From NCBI GenBank assembly GCA_951406725.2, contig OX597819.1, positions 108,748,001-108,812,000 of the forward strand: DNA of 64,000 nt. The letters run 5' to 3'. Source of the stretch: Octopus vulgaris (lineage: Eukaryota). Below are positions 50,701 through 62,000 of the stretch, one piece after another. The translations under genes and the position numbers were made by a program. Below the pieces are notes generated by a model. That model had not been told where the DNA came from and made no database searches. It worked only from the letters and a program-made list of their open reading frames with translations. How positions within the stretch are numbered: position 1 is the stretch's first letter; the number at the start of each line of letters is the position of its first letter.

Positions 50701-51232
50701 CAGTAACCTGAACAATAATAATAACAACATTGAAAACTACCTTAGGAATGAGAACCCAGGTTCGAAGTTTCCCCAAGACACCGTCGAATGTAAATAATAA
50801 ACATATTCCAGTAATGAAAGAGAAGTACAGATGGGATAAAGCAGTCCAACATTACACAACTATAGTTTGTAAAAAATTGTAATTAAGTTTCAAAGTTCAA
50901 TACTAAGAGCTACAGACTTTGGCTTAACGTTCAAAATTATTCTGTCAAACAATGGTATTAAAACAGCGGCGATAAATAACATTTTACAGTCATTCAAGTG
51001 AGTTGAAGTTATCCTTCAAGACTTGTGTTCAAAATTTAAGGACAACTCTGTACGTTATATTTAGGCATTTGTGGAGGATAAGCAATTAAATTAATTAAGA
51101 ATTTAAGAACTTCGCCAAAAAAAGTAACATTTGCTTACCTGAACCGTGGAGGAAGATAATTGATGCTGTGCAAGCAGGACCTGTTTGGGCAACGACCCGT
51201 GGATTCAGTAATTTCACAGCAGATAATGCCAT
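39620..51232 (-). CDS. LYPLAL1: Lysophospholipase-like protein 1 (alpha/beta hydrolase), 5 exons, 235 aa
   Basis: Exons 94+100+167+116+231 = 708 nt, open from ATG to TAG. Motifs: IFLHGSGD, YPTAP, RPYTPM, GGFSMGG (nucleophile Ser), HGKDD (Asp), LYHE (His). Confidence 0.96.
40063..40242. repeat. Perfect 52-bp inverted repeat with 76-nt spacer
   Basis: 40063-40114 is the exact reverse complement of 40191-40242. Confidence 0.95.
40329..40444 (-). CDS. LYPLAL1: LYPLAL1 exon 4 (catalytic Ser)
   Basis: [39 protein letters not shown]; AG/GT boundaries. Confidence 0.95.
40945..41184 (-). mobile_element. SINE family C copy
   Basis: Collinear with 55699-55941. Confidence 0.8.
42119..42285 (-). CDS. 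LYPLAL1: LYPLAL1 exon 3
   Basis: [20 protein letters not shown]...[16 protein letters not shown]; AG/GT boundaries. Confidence 0.95.
42830..43345 (+). mobile_element. pogo/Tigger transposase remnant
   Basis: Frameshifted motifs [34 protein letters not shown] and YLPPNC..LIQ.QD. Confidence 0.72.
43779..43878 (-). CDS. LYPLAL1: LYPLAL1 exon 2
   Basis: [33 protein letters not shown]; AG/GT boundaries. Confidence 0.95.
44126..44940 (-). mobile_element. Deleted IS630-Tc1-mariner DNA transposon (DD37D/maT-like)
   Basis: TA-flanked TIRs CAGGGTG...CACCCTG; transposase remnant MLFGCVS...WTQDSASCH...[10 protein letters not shown] in ORF 44317-44766. Confidence 0.85.
46230..46780 (-). mobile_element. 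Decayed LINE C-terminal remnant (RTE-like)
   Basis: Weak motifs on the reverse strand (KWDWLGH; SKCL...LRV.W). Confidence 0.45.
48010..49480 (+). mobile_element. Old, heavily decayed RTE LINE
   Basis: Recognisable remnants [47 protein letters not shown] and SVQE, with many stops and indels. Confidence 0.75.
51139..51232 (-). CDS. LYPLAL1: LYPLAL1 exon 1
   Basis: ATG; [31 protein letters not shown]; gtaagc donor. Confidence 0.92.
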
Positions 51233-54200
51233 CTGGTCAGATAAAACACATGGAACCGGGATGTTCAGACTTCGGAATTCAGATATATTAACTCAAGATA
51301 ACTTTTTTTTGTAGGCGGTATATTTATATATATTTTTAAATATAATATATTTATTTATCAAAAAAATTACCGATGATAATATTTAAAAAAAAAAGGAAAC
51401 ACAACCAGAATATCAGAGCTCCGCAGTTAAGGCAGATGACCATGTGGCTAATGGCGACGATGTCTTGGTGTAGTTTAATCTATCACGACATCGCTCTCCT
51501 CTTATACTTATTACATTACTCCAGTAAACGATATATTTATTTATTTATTTATTCGTTTCCTGTCAGGAATTAATTTTTTGTCAGTGTGGAGTGATTAATC
51601 ATTGATTTCTATTTGTATAGTCGTTGAGCGCCCATATCTTTCCGGTTTGAGCTCGTGTATAACTTAGGTGTTGATTTCCGTATTTATTCGCTTATCTACC
51701 TGACTAATAAGTACCAAAGTACAAAGCACTCACTGTCCTTTCGTCTGGCAGAAAGTTTAACAAGATTAAGTTTGTGGAGGAATGGTAAGATAGAACCTCC
51801 ATCGCTGGTTGGCACGTCTATCAACATAAGGCAGCAATGAAAAACTGCACTACACCCAGTACTCCCTACGATGATGGAGCCTCCACGTGGTGGTTCAACT
51901 TAAAACTAATAGTAACGAAATCACATTCTACTGTTTTAAGAAATAAAAGACAAATAGGAAGTGTAGTCCTGGATGTGTTATAATTTTAGTGGGGACAGGC
52001 TGTGGTCGCGGGACGTAAAAGTGTCGTAACATGCTGCAAGGCAATTTTTTTTTCACTCGACCTGACGTTTCTGCCAGTTCGCCGCCCCCATCTATTGACA
52101 TTAATTAATATTAATTTTTTTCTGACATAAATACTAGGTCGCGCTTCGATGAAGGGTGTACTCGATTTTAGGGATCTGAAAAGATGAAAGAGAAAGTATC
52201 TTCAATAAAAAGGTTTTAAAAAAGTCTGCTGTCAAGTGGGCGCTAAGTGGGGGGAGTAAGAATCAAGTAATTTAAATTTATACCCAGAGTAAGAGATAAT
52301 GGTAATTCTATTGACTATATCCAATAAAGAAAAGTGAGAGCACCGAATTTAAAATCAAGTGATGAAATGCAGTGGGGTGGAATTTCATGGAGTTCTTTTT
52401 CAAAATTTTCAATCTTTTTTTCTACATTTCTACATCACTTAACTCTTTTCTTTCCCCATGAGGAAAGGACATCTAATCTGAAACTGCTGAGAGATCTTCG
52501 GCGGTACAGTGGCAACAATGAAACGTATTTCAAGTGCCATGAGACACTGCCTCAGAAACATTGTCTAGACTTTTATGATAATTCCATTCACATGATGGCT
52601 GTGTAGTTTGAAGTTCGTTTCGCGACCACATGGTTAAGATTTTGGGTGGAGGTAAAAAAAAAAATACATACACCACCCGTTTTCGGCGTAACAAAAACAC
52701 TAATCCTAAACCTTAAACACCGGGTGTACGTATTCTTTACTTTCGACAGATTTTTATATCGAAACACTGCACCTTATAAGTGGCAACTGTGCAGAAGCCT
52801 GCTACGTGTGTGTGTTTGTGTCCGCGAAGGATATGAATACCAATGTGAAAACCGAAAACTGTGTTTTACTAACGAAGTCCTGGGGCTAGTTTTTTTCCTG
52901 CGCTAAGTTACGATTACTCCCTTCTCACGCCATCAGAAATACAGTAAATCAGTGATTGTCCTATTGGAAACGTGTAACCAACGACGCAATTTGCCAATTG
53001 CGATATAAATAAATAAATAAGAAAATCTCAGATAATTTGTAAGAAAATTAAATCGACGAGTACTATTTAATTGACTCAAGGAAGGTGGAAACGTGACGTC
53101 GGCGGAATTTCAACTCAGAATATAAAAGTGGGACATAACTGAATATCGCGAGTATATGTCCGATTCTGCAATATACTGCATTCAGTAGAAATAATAGTAA
53201 TTTAAGGCTTTGAAAAATGTTTGGGTAAGGAGTATGAATCCAGGTGAAAAAAAGAAAGTCACGGTAATACAGTCACAGGGGTTTTGTCCGGGGGGGGGGA
53301 GATTTTCCGAAGGGGTTTTGTCCTGGGGTGGTTGTCCGGATCCCATAAATTAATTGTGACTTTTTTTCTGTAACTTTATTACCGGCCACCATAAATTAAT
53401 TGTGGCCTTTTTTTTTCCTAGTCAAAATTGCGACTTTATTACTGTGACTTCATTACGGGTCACAATGTGTATAGCCTAATTGATCGCAGTACTTGACTGG
53501 TATTTTCTTTAGGGGAGTTGTCGAATATGTTATGTAAACAATGACCCCCCCCCCCCGTACAAAAATAGGAAGGGTCCACATAGAAACTACTTACTAGAAT
53601 CCCTGAAAGTCTCAAAAAATTCTTAAGCATGATATTTTATTGTTTATAAAATATAATATGACAGTAACTGAGTCAGTTTAATTATTCTTAGTGATCACAG
53701 CCACTTCCATTACTCATGAAGTATTTATTCTACACATGTGGAATCATCAAATATCCACATAAGTTCAAAAGTGTGTTGTTTTTAGTCTGATAAATAACTC
53801 GGTTTAATTAATCTAAGTCGTCATTTATGTAAAAAATGATGACTTATTTGTAAATTAGGTGAATGTAGCAAGTCGTTTCTAGGTTTATGTAAATAATGAA
53901 CAACTTAACCTTTATGAAACTCTGCTTTGTCGAAATGTTTACAAAGTAGGGTTTTCTATCCTCGTTCCGATCTTTATAAAATAAAATAACAAGTCAAATA
54001 CTGTAATCAATTAGGCTATGCTCTTCACCTTAGCATTTTAAACCTTAAACTATAATTATTTGTTCATTACTGTTATATGATTAATTGTTATCTCTACGAC
54101 CATGATATTAAAAATAACATAGTCGTGACGATAACAAACAATTAATCACTCAGATGACTAAGCAGACGAACACTAAATTGATTCATCGATAAAATAAATT

Positions 54201-54331
54201 ATGAAGCACTGCGTAAAATAGAGTAGATATGTTGGTGATGATTGTGTTTGGATTTCCTGCGAGGAAAAAGGATGAAATAGCTATATGTCTCTTATATTCT
54301 TGCCACAGATAGTGTACATCAAAGGCTAATA

Positions 54332-54716
54332 TCTTTATATATAAAAGTCAAGTTGTGTGTCTGTCTCCTACGATTTAGATTCCTTACTCCCACATTTTGC
54401 GGTGCAGTTTAACCAAAACCGGGTATCTTATAGTTGTGATTCATATCGAGCCCTTCTGGGTATTAGCGCGCGTCTACGATTTAAAAAAAAATTTACCATA
54501 ATTCTTTTTCATTTTAATGCATTTTTTTCGCTATTATATAAGAGAAGTAACTCTCTAAAAATGTCTACGATGAGTCGACGATTTAAAAAAAATTTACCAT
54601 CATTTTTTTTCCATTTTTAATGCATTTTTTTACTATTTTTTGGCTATAACTCTCTAAAAATGCTTATATAGTCATTTTCCCTTACAAACCCGAGCAACGC
54701 CGGGCGATACTGCTAA
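54332..54716 (+). mobile_element. Non-autonomous Helitron
   Basis: A|TC 5' end; subterminal hairpin CCCG-AGCAACGC-CGGG; CTAA|T (CTRR) 3' end; no TSD; internal ~100-bp tandem duplication. Confidence 0.8.
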
Positions 54717-55115
54717 TACAGAATAGTTTAAGGGCGTAGTAGGGGGCAGGAGATTTGTTGTTTACTATCGTTGTACTTTCAGGTGTGTGTGAGATGAAAA
54801 AAATCAACATTGACTTAAAGAACCCACTCAGTACTTTTCAGTAGAAGACATTAACTTTTATGAAGAAAAGGTTCACAGTGACACGGAAGTTTCAGTTTAC
54901 CCGCCATCATGGGAAAATTTTTGAAGTCATTGTTAACCTTTACCAATATGTGTGTGTGTGTGTATGTTGAAATAACAACGAAACATTTACTGATCTGATA
55001 ACTCTTATACCTTGAGTAAAATTTATTGAGAAAATCAAATGTTGTGTCCGACTTCAAGTTTTATCTACCAGCTCCTGCAACTTGTCGGAGGTATGCATGT
55101 ATATATACACACCAC

Positions 55116-56240
55116 TAAGTAGCCGGAGTGTTGCTAGAGTAACGTACCTAAAGCACACAGAGTGAAGCCGCTGGACACAGACTGACCTTAAACTTTGATG
55201 TGCATGCACATCAAATTTTAACGTTCTCGCTCACTTCTGCTGTTTACAAGAAGGAAGATGTGTAGCGTGCAATCGTCGCATTGACCATAACAGAGAAAGT
55301 TGTCATGGCGACACCTGCTCAGAAGCCTACGCAAAATTGCAAAAAGTATATGGAGAGGAGTGTATGAGTTCCACACAAGTGTACAAGTAATTCAGACACT
55401 TCCAAAATGGGCAAAAAAATGTCGATATTGACAAACGTTCTGGGAGACCTGCAACCAGCAGAACTGAGAAAAATGTCACAGATGTGCATGCAGTGTGAGG
55501 GAAAAATTATCGAATCACTATCCGTAAGTTATCAGAGGATGTGCAGATTAGTTACGGTTCAGTTCAGTCCATTATCATTGAAGATTTGGGTATGAGACGC
55601 GTGTCTGCCAAGTTTGTGCCAAAACTGCTTTCAGCTACCAAAAAGATACTCGGGTTTCAATTGCACAAGATCTTGATTGTGTCAAGAACGATGAAAACAT
55701 TTTTTTTCTCTATTGCCCACAAGGAGCCATACATAGAGGGGACAAACAAGGGCAGACAAAGGGATTAAGTCGATTACATTGACCCCAGTGCGTAACTGGT
55801 ATTTAATTTATCAACCTCGAAAGGAAGAAAGGCAAAGTCAGCCTTGGCGGAATTTGAACTCAGAACGTAAAGGCAGATGAAATACCACTAAGCATTTCGC
55901 CTGGTGTGCAAACGTTTCTGCCAGCTCACTGCCTTTATGAAAACGATGAAAACTTTTTGAAACCTTTATGTAGGCCTCTGAGCAGATATCACCAAGCTTT
56001 TGGCAAAATTTGATGCAGATTCTCAGCTCCACTTTCTCTGTCATGGTCAATGCAACAATCACATGCTATACACCTTCCTTCCAAGCACTGCTGTAAACAG
56101 CAGAAGTGAGCTAGAATGGTAAAACTTTGCGTGCATGCACAGCAGAGTTCAAGGTCAATCTGTGCCAAGTGTCTTCACTCTGTGTGCTTTAGCTTCGTTA
56201 CTATGGCAACAGTCCGGGTACTTATTGATCAGAACACGTT
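55116..56240. mobile_element. mariner-derived element made of two inverted 5' ends
   Basis: 55116-55335 is the reverse complement of 55963-56225. Transposase N-terminus on +: KVYGEECMS..V...F..FQNG...RSGRP...LGMRRVSAKFVPKLL; on -: ELRICIKFCQKLG. Confidence 0.85.
55699..55941 (-). mobile_element. SINE family C (Deu/Nin-like central motif) inserted in a mariner remnant
   Basis: Reverse strand reads GAGCTGGCAGAAAC...GAGTTCAAATTCCGCC...CTTTGCCTTTC...GATAAATTAAATACCAG; 12-bp TSD AACGATGAAAAC at 55687 and 55942. Confidence 0.88.
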
Positions 56241-56928
56241 TATATTTATGTTCTCTTTCACTTTTTCATTTAGAGTAAATTTTGACCGGCCACTAACTTA
56301 GTAGCAAGATTGTGAAGTAAAGCATCTTGTTTTAAGCATCATCCTTTATATCTTAGTGTTGCACATTTTTATAGTCCCTGATATCGTGGTAATTTGTAGA
56401 GTATGAATTACAGATTTGCATTCTTTCTTAAGTTCAGCCATAATTTGCTCTAGATGGGTGTGGTATGTATCCTATTGCTCCAATAATAATAGGTATGAAA
56501 CTGCAGGTGTATATGGATGAATGGACAGCTGGTATGAGGTCTAACATACCTGGGGTGGTGAACCTAAAATAATTAGCATTAATTAAAATTCACCTCAAAA
56601 GGGATGAGGGAGAGAACTTTCTAAAAATCAAGTTATACTGGATGGGAGTGACAGTGGTCTTTGGCAGGTATGGTGATAAATTCAAACATATGTATGTATG
56701 GATGGCAGGAGGGAGGGAGGTATGTGTGTGTGAATGTATGAATGCTTTCCTTGTTATATTTGTTTCACCAATGGGGAAAGAGCCAGTTTTTAGCTTAAAA
56801 CAAAACACTTTCATTAGAATGTTGGCATCAACAGGGTAGTCTTCCATGTATTTATGTATATAGGAATGTGCACATGCACACATGAGTGCAGACATGGATG
56901 GCATTGCTTATGTGAAGCTAACTACATG

Positions 56929-57303
56929 TGTCCCCAAAGTCCATCTCCTCCTCACCGTGGTGAGGACGCTGGCAACGGGTAGTGTCAGAGCTATGCCGTT
57001 GGGAACTTCGGTTCCTGGTAGGGTCACCCAAGGTGGATTGGTATGACACCGAGTAGTATTAGGACCACAACCTGGCAGATGGGGCTCTGGTGAAAATCCT
57101 CGGAGTGTCTGCTTCGGTAACAGGTGGCTCCTCGGTCATTCTGTCCCTGCGTCTGCAGACAATCTGCGGCAAACGGGATGTCTCCACATGCGTGATTGTT
57201 GGGGACTGCTTGTGAAATCCACATATTCCCATGAAACTTCTTCCATGAGTAGAAGAAGCCGACTCAACCTGCCCAGGGTGAATGTCACCACAAGTACAAG
57301 TAG
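56929..57303 (+). mobile_element. GC-rich non-autonomous retroelement with RTE 5'UTR-like motif
   Basis: Near-perfect 10-bp TSD TAACTA(C/T)ATG; CAAGTA-repeat tail; AGCTATG...CCTGGTAGGGTCACCCAAGG resembles RTE/Expander 5'UTRs. Confidence 0.65.
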
Positions 57304-57729
57304 TAACTATATGCAGAACCTCATGAACATTTTACATTTTTTAACAGCATCTTTGATAGCTTGTAGCTGTAATCTCTTGAGTAATTCTTGTTTTGTGAAA
57401 CCTAGCTTATCAGGACATATGTATGTAGATGCATATGCATGAGGTGTTGCCCACTGTAAAGAGTTGATGAATGAATGCCACAAAGACATTTACTTACAGT
57501 ATATTTGCATTCTGTTATATCTTCTTTTACATGGTATTTTACAGAAATCCACAAAACTGCAGTATTCATCTTGAGAGAGCTTCTAGTATAGATACATATA
57601 TTGTGTTAAAAAGCATAAAAGTGTATTAATAACAGATTAAAACTGTCCAATAGAGGTGGTGCAGTTGCTAAAATCATGATTTCTGTGTCATTGTACATAA
57701 TCAGTAGCAAGCATCTACTGATATATATT

Positions 57730-57993
57730 GTTTGTTCCTTCTTGAACCATGCCTAGCTCATAAGGGTCGGTTTTCCTGGTTTCCTTGGCATATAAGTCCC
57801 CCACCTGGACAGGACGCAGGTCCGTTGCAAGATGCAGTAGGAAAGAGTGAGAGAAAATTGTGGCAAAAGAGTCAGCAGAAGTTCACCATTACCTTCTGTT
57901 TCACTCATAAACACACATCGCCCGGTCTGAGATTCGAACCCGCGATCCCTTGACTGCGAGTCCACTGCTCTAACCACTAGGCCATGTGCCTCC
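57730..57993 (-). mobile_element. tRNA-derived SINE, family A-related, internally deleted
   Basis: Reverse strand reads GGAGGCACATGGCCTAGTGGTTAGAGCAG...GGTTCGAATCTC; the 3' part is shared with family A. Confidence 0.82.
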
Positions 57994-58731
57994 ACTACTG
58001 AGATTAACAGAGATTAACAAATCACTGATGTCATAAATAGCTGGTGAGCTGGGTAAAAATTCATTATTAGTAACTGAAACACTATTTTTATGTTTTATTT
58101 ATATCAAAGCTTTTTTAAAAATCATGTTAATTTGTCTTTGTGCTCTGACTTAAGATACAGTAGCATAAAACTGACCCTGGAAGAAGCAGGGATACTTTCA
58201 TTGTAATCCATTTACCATTGATATTTACCCTTAGAATTTGTTGATGAACATGACAAGGCATGTACTGACTTAAATTGAAATGAAGGGTAACTTGAAATGT
58301 TTGGACTTTTTGAGATAAACACATTTTAACTATACTGTCAGTACTGTTACTTCAATCAGATGCCAACAGTTGTTTCACTACCAGCCTTTTACGGTTGCTA
58401 AAACATAGAGCATCCAAAGTTCAAAGTAGAATTTGGGCTTCTTGTATGCATATATATATATATATATATATATGTAATTTAATGATGATCATATTAACAA
58501 AACATGCACAGGTAATATTGCCTCACACTTATCAGATGGTCACGTTTTGAATCTAACTCACAGAAGTATGAGAAAGCAGGCATTAACCCTTCAGCATTCA
58601 AACCAGCCTCTTTTATGTTCAAACTGGCCAGGAGTTGAAGAAAAGTATTACAAATCCAACAGCTGTTTCTGGTTATAGCTTGAGCACTACTAAGTGTATT
58701 CTATACAGAGAATATCTGATTCTCGTCTATG

Positions 58732-58765
<34 letters not shown>

Positions 58766-58921
58766 GGGGTGAGTACTTGATGATTTCTACATTGAGAGAA
58801 GAAAGAGATGGACGCTTCAATTCTATGCTGCTGCCGCATTATGTCGTACATGAACGAGAGGATTTGCATCCCCAACCAAGAATTTTTGATGTAACACATG
58901 TCCTTGTGGAAGCTGTTGTGC

Positions 58922-58999
58922 GCGGCTGAAGAAGGCCACAGACATACATTATGCTTTGTTATAAATCTGTCTAATAAAGGCCCGAAACATATGTACCGC
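58922..58999 (+). ncRNA. Minimal type I hammerhead ribozyme, Penelope-like
   Basis: GCGG CUGAAGA AGGCC...GGCCC GAAAC AUAU GUA CCGC: complete core, 4-bp stem I, palindromic ACAUAUGU stem III, A-C mismatch at 10.1-11.1. Confidence 0.78.
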
Positions 59000-59038
59000 T
59001 GAATCCTTCGCCTCATGTTTTTATTTTTATTTTGATCA

Positions 59039-59071
<33 letters not shown>

Positions 59072-62000
59072 GGTATGTTGATGCAAACAAGAAAAATAGA
59101 ACTTAAAATATGAGTATATGTATATTTTTATCAATATTTAGCAGAAGTAACAGTGACTCAAGGTCTGAGAGTTTCATACATTACATACACATATACACTA
59201 TGTGTGTGTGGCTGGGTGTGTAATCACATGCTTAAACTAAACAGGGGAAACTGAATTTGCACTTACTTAAATTAACTAAAATCTGAAGTTCAGACCTTAG
59301 ATTTCATACAGTTGTCACTCAAAGTTTCAGGTCATATCTCTTCGATGATATATATAATATAATATATATAGCTTACAGTGTTGTTCCCTGTTTAGTCATA
59401 CATCATCTCTGCTCAGTGAAACCTGTTGCGAGCATCTTGCCTTTTTGTCTATCAGGGATTTCATCATGAAATGAATCCTTTATTGACATGAGTAGGATCT
59501 CATTTGAAGTATTTTTGTTGCTATTTTTAGCTGGTAGAACAACGGCATAGAGGTTCCTTCATTTCCATCTGTCAGGTATTCTGTTATAACTTGAAATAAA
59601 GTTTGATGACAAAATTGAGTGAAGTTCCTATTTGATTCATGGTAGTAGAGCATTTCAGGGTATCATAATGTTTACATCATGTGTAGATAAAAATGTTTTA
59701 ATTAGTTCTCTGAAGATTCATAAAGGGCCAGGACTTAACACTTTGTCTTTTTATTTCATGATGTTAACCCTTTCATTAAATATAAAATAAAATCTTTCCC
59801 TATATAGGGTGCTGGTCTGTTGCAGATTGTTATTTAGTCTCAGGTCCCCAATCCATTTGATTTATGATCAAAGATGTTCCAGCCACGACCAGCACATCTT
59901 TTATTTAGACATAGTGTATCTAGGGCTAAATTATTTAATGTGTATTTCCTTGTTTAGTTCCAAGGTCAGCCCTGATCCAGTTGCTAATGATCAAGGGTGT
60001 TCTCACCAAAACCATCCTATCTTTTATTCAGGTATTAATGCATCAATGATTACATTATTCAGTGTGTCCTTTCTCTCCTCAAGTAGTATAGCATGATTTG
60101 GCTGCTATTTCCAGCAGATTGAGTGAACAAACATAAACTCCCTTGTTGGCTTGCAGATAATACTCCTAAAAGATCTGGTACTTATTATTGATATCTAGGT
60201 CAAAGGCATATAAAAGCAAATTTTTTGGTAAATGTTACCTGATCTAATATCACTTTTTGGATGCTAGCAGTTACAAGCTGCCGTATTTTACAAGAACCCT
60301 GATTTTCTACCTGTCCTCATTTCCAAACGGTGTCAACATGTGTCTAGTTTCTACTAGTGTGTGTGTGGTCCAATAAGAGAGTTACTATGTGACCCTGAAC
60401 CTATCAGAAATAGCAGATAATTCTTAATCACACCCTGCTGTCTTAAATACACTGGCTAACATAGACCTAAAACTACCAGTCACATCTGTAATACCTTAGA
60501 TCAGAATTGCCTGTTTAGACCTGGAACTAAGAGGGAGCAAATGAAGATTTTAATTCTTTGCTTCATATCACTTGGTCAACTGTCTGTTGTCTTTCTGGTC
60601 CTTCAACTTGTTTTTCCTCTGATGAATCTTAAGAACATAATTCTGTAATATTCCATATTATAGTGTTCAGTAAACTAAGGGCAAACTGTTTATAAGACCT
60701 GATTCCTGTACACATGATTAATAAAATAAACATAATTGGTCGAGATATTTCCAGTAATTCATCAATAAAATGAATGACAACTTTTTGCTTCACATTCTAC
60801 TTCCGTTCAATAAATACATTTTCATGATGTTTTGCAAATTTCTTTCTAAGCAAAGTATATTTTAGGCATTGTGCAAACCCAGATCAACTTCCTTTTATGA
60901 GCAGACCTTCCTAAAGGGAAACTTGAATGAGATTTTGTTACTATTTCTAGTCCAAATCAAACATGCTCTATTCTGATTAATTAGTTGCATGTAATAAGGA
61001 GTGTGATTTCTTTGTTCTTATGAATCAGAGATACAGCATAATGATAATTGTAAGATTATAACTTATGATCGTGTTGTTAATTCCCTACCTTAACCTCATA
61101 GCCATTGTGACAAATTTTCCGCTCATTCAGTCAGTGAGTTGTGATCATGCTGAGAGTCAATGTAGCTTGAATAACTGTTCAAGCAACTGGAGTTCCTACT
61201 TCACTCATATACTTTTTCCTATAGAATAAGAAGTACTGGTTCAAGATGATTTACTCCATGCATGCTGCTAATACACTTTGGAAAGGCATGATTGTTACAA
61301 TATCTCATTACTTCATCCTTCACAAACTATAGCTTGTTCTAGTTGAAAAAATACACCAGTGTGTTTCTCTATTATGTAACTTTGCTTAACCCCTTTAGCA
61401 TTAAACTGGCCATAAAACAGGTAGAATATCTGGCCTAAATATTCTGCATTTTATATTCAAACTGACCAGATCTGGCCTCTAACATCTACCCTACAATGTC
61501 ATTATTAAAAAATTAGCATTTGTAGCTTACTTTACATTGTCTTTACTAACCAACACATGGAATAAATATTACTTGATTGTGGTACTTCAGTATGATCACA
61601 ATCCTCTAGCTGAGAAGGTAATTCCCATGAAAAATGAAAACTTTGGTACAATGTCTGTGAGGTTAAGGTAGAGGACTACACACCACATAGCATATGTTGT
61701 AATTTTTTCACTATCATTGTGTTGTATCTCTGAAGAAAGAAGGTACCTTGGTTCAGTAAGCCTGATTTAAAGGAACTAAAAAGCTCCACTCATTTCATTG
61801 CCTAATCAAACAGAATAGGACATTTGATTCAGATCAGAAATTGGTATTGTTTTTAAATGAAGCGTTTATAAGCATTTTAAAGCACAGGTATGGTTGTGTG
61901 GTAAAAAAAAAAACTTGCTTCTCAACCACACGGTTCTGGGTAGGATTAAAATTTCTGACGATGTCATGAGTAGTCCACAATCTTAACTTCACGACCATTG

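Noticed and set aside
57307-57489. Protein-like 60-aa minus-strand ORF
   Set aside because: No family recognised and no supporting splice sites
60616-60700. CCU-CUGAUGA...CAAAC hammerhead-like motif
   Set aside because: The GAAA core and stem III are broken; too decayed to call
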